Assembly: GCF_006345805.1 (NCBI RefSeq)
Contig: NW_021828309.1
Coordinates: 1-8,872, forward strand
Direction of reading: 5' to 3'
From: Octopus sinensis
Lineage: Eukaryota
Length of the DNA: 8,872 nucleotides
Position numbers and translations under genes: made by a program. The notes under the pieces were generated by a model that was given only the letters and a program-made list of their open reading frames with translations, ran no database searches and was not told the DNA's origin. Of the stretch, positions 1 through 7,915 are shown piece after piece (within the stretch, counting starts at the first letter, position 1; each line of letters opens with the position of its first letter).

Positions 1-31
1 TAACTTTTAAAAGAAGATTGAGTCTTGAATA

Positions 32-152
32 CATTTGATTCCGTCCAAGGGTCAGTGCCAAATACGTCCATCTGCTTCTCTCCAAGACGCGATACTAAAC
101 ACGTCCATTTGATTCTGTCCAGATGTCAACGCCAAACACATCCATTTGCTTT
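32..152. repeat. Imperfect 37-bp tandem minisatellite (3 full units + partial 4th)
   Basis: Units at 32-68, 69-105, 106-142 and partial 143-152 each begin CATYTGMTT, and the three full units end AAAYACRTC. Hand alignment gives unit1/unit3 29/37, unit1/unit2 25/37, unit2/unit3 24/37 identical. Confidence 0.8.
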
Positions 153-403
153 CAACATTTCCCTCCCAAACATCATGCTGGTGTTTTGTTCCCTTTTAAG
201 TTTTTCCCACGAGTAAATACATATTAGCAAAATTCTATGGAAACTATTTCGCTGTTGTTGCTGTTGCTGTTGCTGGTGGGGATTGAGTGGAAACATTTCC
301 GGCGGAAATAAGGAATATTCCAACGACATTCTTCCAAATCTCGAAACTGATTGGATCACTCACTCACATTCTGTCTCTCTTTATCTCTTACTTAATGTCC
401 ATT

Positions 404-415
404 TAGATAGATAGG

Positions 416-465
<50 letters not shown>

Positions 466-481
466 CATTGATAGATAGATA
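404..481. repeat. (GATA)n microsatellite
   Basis: Near-perfect TAGA/GATA run seen directly. Confidence 0.97.
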
Positions 482-509
482 ATATGCGCATGCGCGTATA
501 CACGCATGT

Positions 510-630
510 TACATATGACATGTATAAATATATATATTTATACATATACATATATATACATATGTATATGTATATATCTATCTATCTCTCTCTCTATATA
601 TATATATATATAACATATACACTATATATT

Positions 631-666
<36 letters not shown>

Positions 667-678
667 CAATATATATTA

Positions 679-709
<31 letters not shown>

Positions 710-790
710 ATAATATATATATATATATATACTTATAGACTCACGTATACGCATATGATTATATGAATGTACACATGGGTATAGATATAC
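510..790. repeat. Compound (TA)n microsatellite with TC/CA interruptions
   Basis: Long imperfect TA run seen directly; boundaries approximate. Confidence 0.95.
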
Positions 791-919
791 GCATTTTACA
801 GACAGACACACAGACAGCGGTCGAGAGAGAATTCACAATCTATACAATATGTTTGGAAAGATTTATGATGGAAATTGCCCGGTACACATATACAAATATA
901 AATATAAACATACACATAC

Positions 920-1521
920 GAATATGTGTGTATATATAGATATAGGTGTGTGTCGCTTGTATGTATATATGTATGTATGTATGTATATGTGTGTATGTAT
1001 GTATGTGTGTGTACGTATGTGTGTATGTATGTGTGTGTATGTATGTGTGTATGTATGTATGTGTGAGTATGTATGTATGTATGTATGTATGTGTGTATGT
1101 ATGTTTGTATATGTATGAATGTATGTGTGTCTATGTATGTATATATGTATGTAGGTATGCATGTATGTATGTATGTATGTGTGTGTATGCATGTATGTAT
1201 GTATCTATGTATGTATATATGTATATATATATGTATGTATGTATGTGTGTTTATGTATGTGTGTATGTATGTATGTGTGTGTATGTATGTATGTATGTAT
1301 GTTGTATGTATGTATGTATATATGTATATATATGTATATATATATATATGTATGTATGTGTGTATGTATGTATGTATGTGTGTGTATGTATGTGTATGTA
1401 TGTATGTGTGTGTGTACGTGTGTGTATGTATGTATGTATGTATATATGTGTATGTGTGTGTATGTATGTATGTGTGTATGTATGTATGTGTGTATATATA
1501 TATGTCTGTGTGTGTGTGTAT
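920..1521. repeat. Large compound (TATG)n/(TG)n/(TA)n microsatellite
   Basis: About 600 bp of TATG, TG and TA units; explains the MYVC/HTYI low-complexity ORFs. Confidence 0.97.
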
Positions 1522-1607
1522 GAACTGGTCGCTCAATTCTGGTCAATTTGCATCAATAAAGCAGCTGTAAACACTTAAGTGAAAAATTTACTTCCGCACC
1601 AATTGAA

Positions 1608-1740
1608 AGTGTGTGTACGTGTTTGTGTGCAAATGTGTGTGTGTGTGAGTGTGCGCCCGCGTTTGACGTGTGTGTCTCTTGGCGTACGTGTGTGTTCGTG
1701 TATGTGTGTGTGTGCGCGCACGTGTGTGTACGTGTTTGCA
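1608..1740. repeat. Degenerate (TG)n/(CG) microsatellite
   Basis: GTGTGT runs with CGCG/ACGT interruptions. Confidence 0.85.
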
Positions 1741-1798
1741 AGTAGGCAATTCAGTATACTATATACGTAAATGCTCGTGCACACGTTTGTAAATATGA

Positions 1799-1804
<6 letters not shown>

Positions 1805-1835
<31 letters not shown>

Positions 1836-2041
1836 GGGTGTATTGTATATAAACATATATGTATATGTATATATATATATATACATAATATATATATATA
1901 TATAGATATAGAGAGAGGAGGAGAGAGAGAGTGAGAGAGATTATATATATATAGATTATAGATAGATAGATAGATAGATATATATATAGATTTATATATA
2001 TATATATATATATAGATATATATTATATATATACATACATA
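1805..2041. repeat. Compound (TA)n/(GA)n/(GATA)n microsatellite
   Basis: Seen directly; ends at the TA flanking the transposon TIR. Confidence 0.93.
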
Positions 2042-2812
2042 CAGGGTGCATAAGGTATTTGAGGACAGATTTCTGTTTATAAAAAAAGTCATATATAAGA
2101 ACATAACTTTGTTTATCAAAAAAGGCTCTGAGGATAAAAATAAAGATTCTTTTCTATAATGTTATTGAATAAAGCCACCTTCCGCTTCAACAACTGCTTC
2201 CATATCAGATCTAAATCCTTTACATACTCGAATCAAGTGATCCTGGTATCATTTTGGACATTACTCTGACTATGGCAGCTTTCAAAGAACATTTGGTGTT
2301 ATGGGTGTGTTTATTGACCTCTATCTCAACAACACTCCACATGTGATAGTCCAATGGATTGAGGTCTGGCGAATAAGGGAGCCAAATGTTGAGGGTTACG
2401 TGATGATGAAAATTTTCAGCCATCCATTCCTGTGTTACTAGAGCCATGTGTAATAGTGCAGAGTATGGCTTTCCACTGCATACGCTGTCTATCCAGGGCT
2501 TAACAATTATTTCCAGGACCTCAATGTAGGTGGCAGAATTAACTCTAAGGCCTTGTGGAAAGAAGTAAGGAGGCACCACATGTCCTTCATTGCTGACAAC
2601 CCCTAAAACTGTGACAGTTGCAGGAAATTTTGTATGCATAACACTTGAAACTTCAGAAGGGTCTGCACATAACCATCTGTCATTTCTTCTGGTAACTTTT
2701 TGATCTTAGCCGAAGTATTTTTTCGTTTGAGGATAACCAAATCAAATCTTCTTCTGCTGGATTTTTCAGTTTGTTTAAGAGCCTTTTAGATCTGATGTAG
2801 TGGTTTTCTTTG
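2042..2812 (-). mobile_element. Tc1/mariner-superfamily DNA transposon relic, DD37D (maT-type); 3' half with one TIR, 5' part missing
   Basis: TA (2040-2041) is followed by the TIR-like CAGGGTGCATAAGGTATTTGAGGAC, 120 bp beyond the transposase stop. Transposase-like sequence runs to ~2812, where a TG microsatellite replaces the rest. No second TIR found. Confidence 0.88.
2162..2812 (-). pseudogene. Transposase pseudogene (DDD catalytic domain, DD37D spacing)
   Basis: Reconstructed across frameshifts: KRLLNKLKNPAEEDLIWLSSNEK / YFG*DQKVTRRNDRWLCADPSEVSSVMHTKFPATVTVLGVVSNEGHVVPPYFFPQGLRVNSATYIEVLE...KPY-SALLH...WLPYSPDLNPLDYHMWSVVE...MSKM / QDHLIRVCKGFRSDMEAVVEAEGGFIQ*. First Asp is Asn (2725-2727), there is a stop at 2706-2708 and two frameshifts, and the FQQD motif is missing. 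37 residues lie between the deletion point and the third Asp (2349-2351). Confidence 0.9.
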
Positions 2813-2824
2813 TGTGTACGTATT

Positions 2825-2854
2825 TGTGTGTGTGTGTGTGTGTGTGTGAGTGTG
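2825..2854. repeat. (TG)n microsatellite
   Basis: Seen directly. Confidence 0.95.
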
Positions 2855-2995
2855 ATCCGAAGAGTGCAGTATTGTATATCCATCATGAACACTTCGGATA
2901 ATACACCCACTCTATTGACAGATATAAGAGTACATCTTTTTCCAGACTTATAGAACTTTAGACGACTCACGCACGTATATGTGTGTGTGTGTGTA

Positions 2996-3303
2996 GGCGC
3001 AATGACCCAGTGGTTAGGGCAGCGGACTCGCTGTTGTAGGATCGCGGTTTCGATTCCCAGTCCGGACGTTGTGAATGTTTATTGAGCGAAAACACCTAAT
3101 GTTCCACGAGGCTCCGGCAAGGGGTGGTGGTGATGCCTGCTGTACTCTTTCACCACAACTTTCTCTCACTCTTTCGTCTGTTGGCCTGCTCGCTTAGCCA
3201 GCGGGGTGGCGTCATTTGAAGGCTAAAACCATGCGAAGCGCATTGTGACCAGCGATGTGTAGCAACATCTGATAGCCTGGTCGGTCACGGTGATCATGGT
3301 GAT
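2996..3303 (+). mobile_element. tRNA-derived SINE (about 310 bp)
   Basis: GGCGCA start; Pol III A-box TGACCCAGTGG (3003-3013); B-box GGTTTCGATTCCC (3046-3058); tRNA-unrelated body; 3' stem-loop; tandem tail CACGGTGAT-CATGGTGAT (3286-3303). Flanked by TG and TA microsatellites. Confidence 0.85.
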
Positions 3304-3324
3304 ATATATGTGTATATATATATA

Positions 3325-3358
<34 letters not shown>
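3302..3358. repeat. (TA)n microsatellite
   Basis: Seen directly. Confidence 0.95.
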
Positions 3359-3363
<5 letters not shown>

Positions 3364-3920
3364 CTTTGGATAGGTGTCTATTATGTATTTAAATACACTG
3401 ATATAAAATGCCCTCGAATTTCTTATGGAGTGATGTGATACTGTTTAAATGCTATGCATTCATCTAGGATCTTTTGTCGTTGTCTTGCAGGAGAGCCAAT
3501 CTAGGGACAAGGATTGACTGAGTTATATATACATAGATAATAAAAGCCATAACTAGAAAATGAAGCAAGACAACATATGCTATATATTTTAACGCTGCAA
3601 CGGAATGGAACGAGTCTTGAAGTTTCAAATGCTAGTCCTTCCCCCAGAAGGAATGTGTGGAAATGCAGTAAAGGAGGACTGTGAACGAAAAAAAATTGTT
3701 CGGAAGAAAGAAAATGGACGACGGAGATAAGGATCAGGCGGAAATATGGTCTTATTACTGAGTTCGGAATGGAGAAGGTGGTGTGTATCCATGCACCGAG
3801 ATGAGTATTAAGAGGGATGTTTGTGCATATGTGTAGAGGTGTAAACGTTTGATGGAGTTAAATGGTGGGAATGTGGATGGTTATTTGGAATGTTTAAACA
3901 TATTGTGTGTGAGGAAAGCG

Positions 3921-4030
3921 TATATACGTGTGCGTGTTTGTGTGTGTATGTGTGTGTGTGTGTATATGTGTATGTGCATAATTATGTACATATATATATA
4001 TGGACACATACATATACACATGCATACGTA
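3921..4030. repeat. Compound (TG)n/(TA)n/(CA)n microsatellite
   Basis: Seen directly. Confidence 0.9.
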
Positions 4031-4179
4031 CAAATGTCTAAATAGTCCTCAAATGTGTCTGCATTGACAGGAAGAGTTGTCAAAATATGGCTTCCACGCA
4101 ATCACTGATAAATTATTAAATAGCAAACATTTCGATTGTCGGCGTTTGTCCACAGATACCAACGCTTAAAGGTCACATT

Positions 4180-4352
4180 CAACAACAACAACAACAATTA
4201 CTACTACTACTGCTGCTGCTGCTGCTAATGTTGATGATGATGATGCTATTACCACTACTGCTACTGTTGCTGCTACTGTTACTGTCACTAATGATGCTCC
4301 TCCTCCTCCTACTACTACTACTACTATTGCTACTACTACTCTGATGACAACA
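4180..4352. repeat. Mosaic trinucleotide microsatellite (CAA, CTA, CTG, TGA, CCT)
   Basis: Seen directly; source of the poly-V/A and poly-S ORFs. Confidence 0.92.
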
Positions 4353-4431
4353 ACGAGTTCTTGCACCTATATCCATATCAGGAATTTATTTTTGGACTGG
4401 TGCACAAAGTCAAGCCGATCGACTCGTGTTG

Positions 4432-4466
4432 AATAATATAAAAATAACAATAACAACAATAACAAC

Positions 4467-4519
<53 letters not shown>

Positions 4520-4592
4520 TAAAAATAATGATGATAATAATAATAAAGATGAAATAATAATAATAATAATAACAATATTAATAATAATAATG

Positions 4593-4643
<51 letters not shown>

Positions 4644-4705
4644 GTAACAATAATAATAATAATGAAATAATAATAACAATAATAATGATAAAAATACCAA
4701 TAATA

Positions 4706-4772
<67 letters not shown>

Positions 4773-4782
4773 CGATGATGAA

Positions 4783-4815
<33 letters not shown>

Positions 4816-4850
4816 AATATGATTATGATAATGTTATGATAATGATAAGT
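4432..4850. repeat. Long (TAA)n array grading into (TGA)n
   Basis: AAT/AAC units to ~4770, then GAT units to ~4815, degenerate to ~4850. Confidence 0.97.
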
Positions 4851-4851
4851 T

Positions 4852-5836
4852 TATGATATAATTCCACATTCGGGTGCTTAGATCTGGAATTGCGAATAAT
4901 ATAACGCGTTTCCTGAAGAGAATCATGGAGAGATGGAAAACTGAACTAACATCTTACGGAAAAAGCTTGGGCATTCTGGGTATCAGTAGAGGGATTTTCC
5001 AGGGTCTCATCTCCTTTGCTTTTCGTTCTCTGCATGATGTCCCTGACCTTGGTACTCAGGAAAATGAACCTGGGGTATCAACTAAAGAAAAAATCCCAAA
5101 CAATCAACCACTTTCTGTTCGTGGATGATTTGAAAATGTTTTGCAAAGATGAGACACAAGTGAGTTCCTTGGTGAACACGGTCCACTGTTCTAGTACTGA
5201 TATTAGAATGGAATTTGGATACAAGAAGTGCGGAGTGATCTACCTAAAAAGGGGCAAGGCACAATCCTTAGTAGGGACAGAATTACCGAATAGAGACTTA
5301 ATTAAGCAAATTGAAATAGAAGGATACAAATACCTTGGTGTACTACAGTCCAAGGGGATAATGGTAAATGAAATGGAAGAGCAATTGAGGATGGAGCAGT
5401 TCCGAAATCTGAGGTTGGTGTTGCGCTCAAAATTGACTGGATGGAATAAAATCCAAGCTGTTAATACGTGGGCGATAACATCACTTCGGTTTAGAGCGGG
5501 AATTATAAAATGACAAAAGAGAGAAATGAAGAAATGGATACCGAGACCAGAAAAATGCTGAAAGTACAATGAACCTTCCACTCTAAGAGTGACACCGATA
5601 GGCTGTACTTGTCCAGAAGAAAGAGTGAGAGAGGTTTGATCAGTTGCCAGAACTGTATCAAAGCAGAGGAAAACAGCCAAGGTTGGTATATATAAAATGC
5701 CGTGGATCCACTGTTGAAACACGAAGAAAGCTGATGTCATGAAAACCGAAAAATTGTGTAACTAAAGAAAAATATAAACCAGAAAGGAACGAGAAAAAGA
5801 TAAAGAATGGAGGGGGGAAAATGTACGATCAGTTAG
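4852..5836 (+). mobile_element. Non-LTR retrotransposon relic, R4/Dong clade (RLE type): RT domain pseudogene, truncated at both ends
   Basis: YDIIPHS (4852-4872), RGIFQG then a frameshift into SPLLFVLCM, INHFLFVDDLK (FVDD at 5118-5129), MEFGYKKC, YKYLGV, LRSKLTGWNKIQAVNTWA, then FHSKSDTDRLYLSRRKSERGL (5597-5638) and EWRG..MYDQ near 5810-5832. These match the R4/Dong-type RT and post-RT motif pattern as I recall it. Multiple frameshifts and stops; no CCHC/RLE domain present. Confidence 0.85.
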
Positions 5837-6060
5837 CTATCAAATTATTGCAATGTGTGATTTCATCAGGAAGGAACCCATCCTGTGGGGGGGGCATTAT
5901 CTTTTTGTATTTGGAATACTTAAAACGCCATTTATACATTTATTATACCTCTAAACGGCCGTAGATGATATTCTTTACCCGAATTCAACCGAATGTGTAT
6001 ATATTTATCTTATTTACCTATTTACACCTGAATTTTTAAAATCTGAACTCTCCTCCGACA

Positions 6061-6577
6061 TCTATATATATAAAACTGTAGTTGTGTGAGTGTCTGTCCC
6101 CTTCGATTTAGATTCCTAACTCCTCCCACATTTTGCGGTGCAGTTTAACCAAATTCGGTCGGGTATCTTATAGTCGTGATTAATATCGAGCCCGTCTGGC
6201 TATTAGCGCGCGTCTACGATGAGTCTACGATTTTTAAAATAATTTAACATCATTTTTTATTCCATTTTAATGCATAATTTTTCGTGTGTCGATGGCGGCG
6301 GAGTTGGCGTCCACGTTCACACCCGCACCTGTTTGCTTCTCCCCCTTCTTCCCTCCCTCGTGAAGCTGTGGGGAAAGGAGTGTAAGGAAATCAACGTCGT
6401 AAAGCGTTGTCAAGGAGACCAGCGTTCTTTTAGAACAACGACTTCATGGCTTGAAGACACCAAAACAGAAATGGCTAAGAAAGCTCGAATTGGCATCTAT
6501 AAGGGAAGTAACTCTCTAAAAATGCTTATATAGTTATTTCCCTTACAAACCCGAGCAACGCCGGGCGATACTGCTAG
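6061..6577 (+). mobile_element. Non-autonomous Helitron (517 bp)
   Basis: 5' end TCTATATATATAAAA follows an A (6060). 3' hairpin CCCG-A-GC-AAC-GC-CGGG (6550-6565), 8-nt spacer, CTAG (6574-6577), then T (6578). This is the canonical A|TC...hairpin...CTAG|T structure with no TSD and no Rep/Hel ORF. Confidence 0.88.
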
Positions 6578-6929
6578 TTTCGTATAAACATCAAATTCTT
6601 AATCGATTCGAACGGTTCCTTTTGGAAGCCATTGCCTCGAATTTTTATCTTTTTACTTGTCCTACCTCCATTCGGTACCTGACCCCAAAGTACACGATGC
6701 GTAGTTTCTACTGACTTTTACATGGAATTATGTTCACTGATTTATAAATTTATATGACTATATATTTCGTTTTGTTTCTTAAATTAGGCTTTGGAATTTG
6801 TATTGACTTGTATTGATTGCATTCTATAATTTCCATCATGAAAATTGTTCAAAACTGAAGTCCTTCTTCAGCAACACGTTTTTCCATTCGAGTCAATACA
6901 GAATTACAAAGAGTATTTATGGAATTTTG

Positions 6930-6961
6930 AGTTACTGTCGGGTGACTTTTGGCCAACCCTG
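6930..6961. mobile_element. Orphan Tc1/mariner-like terminal inverted repeat
   Basis: The minus strand reads CAGGGTTGGCCAAAAGTCACCCGACAGTAAC starting at 6961, next to a TA/TG tract. The CAGGG start resembles the TIR at 2042, but no partner TIR or transposase was found. Confidence 0.5.
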
Positions 6962-6963
6962 TG

Positions 6964-7040
<77 letters not shown>
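6962..7040. repeat. (TA)n followed by (TG)n microsatellite
   Basis: Seen directly. Confidence 0.95.
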
Positions 7041-7233
7041 AGGGAGAATTCACAAAAAAACAAAAGATGAAACACCTAGTGTGGACAACAAACAGATGTA
7101 TTGGTATAACGCTCGGGAAGTGAAAAGGTATTTAACGTTTCGAGCTTATGCTCTTCTACAGAAAGGAACACAGAAAGAAACAAGGAAAGAAAATAAACAG
7201 TGTATAGTGGCAAGCGATCTATCATGGCGAAAT
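7041..7233 (-). mobile_element. Probable Penelope-like element (PLE) terminal/pseudo-LTR remnant
   Basis: About 190 bp of non-repetitive sequence between two microsatellites, containing a minimal hammerhead-like motif (CTGTAGA-A-GAGC-ATAA-GCTC-GAAACGTT) of the kind associated with PLE termini, followed by a T-rich 3' end. No ORF remains, so the PLE assignment is an inference. Confidence 0.6.
7131..7164 (-). ncRNA. Minimal type I hammerhead-ribozyme-like motif with variant core (A6U, extra A after A9)
   Basis: Minus strand: UUU-CUGUAGA-A-GAGC-AUAA-GCUC-GAAA-C-GUU-AAA. Stem I is 3 bp (UUU/AAA), stem II is 4 bp (GAGC/GCUC), and the palindrome AACGUU replaces stem III. Putative cleavage after GUU (7136-7134). 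Confidence 0.55.
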
Positions 7234-7240
7234 CATATAC

Positions 7241-7278
<38 letters not shown>

Positions 7279-7279
7279 A
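7234..7279. repeat. (TA)n microsatellite
   Basis: Seen directly. Confidence 0.93.
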
Positions 7280-7711
7280 GGTGTGGCTGTGGTAAGAAGA
7301 CTCCATTTTAACCACATGTTTTGGGTTCAGTCCCACCACGTGGCACTTTGGGCAGTTGTCTTTTACAATATCCTGTGGTCGACTAAAATCTTGTGAATGG
7401 GTTTGGTAGACGGAAACTGAAAGAAGCCCGTTGTATATATATATATATCCATTTATATTTATATACGCAAATATATGTATATCTATCTGTGTGGTGTGTC
7501 CTTCTGGATGTCTTTGTGTCCACTGACGCTTGACAACCACTGTTGGTGTGTTTATGTTCCCATAATTTCGCAAAATATACCGATAAATAAATATTTAGTC
7601 TTTAAAAGAAAGTAAATGCTGGGATCCATCAATTCGACGAAGAATTCCTCAAGGCGGTGCCCTACCATTGCCGCAGTCTAATTACTGAACCAAATAACAA
7701 GAAAAGATAAA
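7280..7711 (+). mobile_element. tRNA-derived SINE with CORE-like central motif and internal microsatellite (diverged copy)
   Basis: A-box-like TGGCTGTGG (7284-7292); B-box-like GGTTCAGTCCC (7324-7334); CORE-like ACTTTGGGCAGTT (7345-7357); internal TA/TG tract ~7433-7500; 3' segment AAGGCGGTGCCCTACCATTGCCGCAGTC and A-rich tail AAGAAAAGATAAA. Resembles the abundant octopus SINEs as I recall them (unverified). Confidence 0.82.
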
Positions 7712-7712
7712 C

Positions 7713-7858
7713 TGTGTGTGTGTGTATGGGGGTACGTGTGTGTGTGTGTGTATGGGGGTACGTGTGTATGCGTGTGTTTGTGTGTCTATGAATGTCTGTC
7801 CGTCTATATGTATGCATGTATGTATGTATGTATGTATGTATGTATGTGTGTGTGTATG

Positions 7859-7894
<36 letters not shown>

Positions 7895-7915
7895 TGTATG
7901 TATGTATTTATGTAT
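7713..7915. repeat. Compound (TG)n/(TATG)n microsatellite
   Basis: Seen directly. Confidence 0.95.

Noticed and set aside
32-152. CRISPR-like look (conserved block plus variable middle)
   Set aside because: The variable parts are only ~17 nt and resemble each other, there is no cas gene, and the context is eukaryotic. It is a minisatellite.
126-359. 77-aa poly-Q ORF on the minus strand
   Set aside because: The poly-Q comes from a short CTG/TTG repeat (251-275). The rest has no recognisable domain and runs into a 37-bp non-triplet repeat.
629-2119. Many long ORFs (MYVC-, HTYI-, IY-rich, up to 246 aa)
   Set aside because: They are translations of TATG/TG/TA microsatellites, which lack stops in several frames.
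2996-3070. Possible tRNA gene
   Set aside because: A and B boxes are present, but the acceptor and anticodon stems do not pair and the sequence continues into a SINE body.
3470-3491. Good splice-acceptor-like sequence TCTTTTGTCGTTGTCTTGCAG|G
   Set aside because: No convincing donor or informative open frame follows. A similar weak acceptor/donor pair at 4155/4172 was also dropped.
3610-3735. Faint resemblance to an RTE-type LINE C-terminus (RVLKFQM...WK.AVKED)
   Set aside because: It needs several assumed frameshifts and only a few residues match, which is too weak to call without a profile search.
4166-4650. Poly-V/A, poly-S and poly-L/Y ORFs (also poly-N/T/L/Q ORFs at 8264-8847)
   Set aside because: They are translations of trinucleotide microsatellites.
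5240-5740. 166-aa minus-strand ORF
   Set aside because: It is the antisense shadow of the R4/Dong RT relic.
5840-5871. CTGATGA hammerhead core on the minus strand, followed by an ATCA/TGAT stem
   Set aside because: No GAAA or NUH site follows the stem, so the hammerhead topology is incomplete.
6270-6533. 87-aa ORF
   Set aside because: It lies inside the non-autonomous Helitron and has no Rep/helicase motifs or other recognisable domain.
6813-7311. Short ORFs spanning the orphan TIR and the PLE remnant
   Set aside because: They cross microsatellite and element boundaries and contain no transposase, RT or GIY-YIG motifs.
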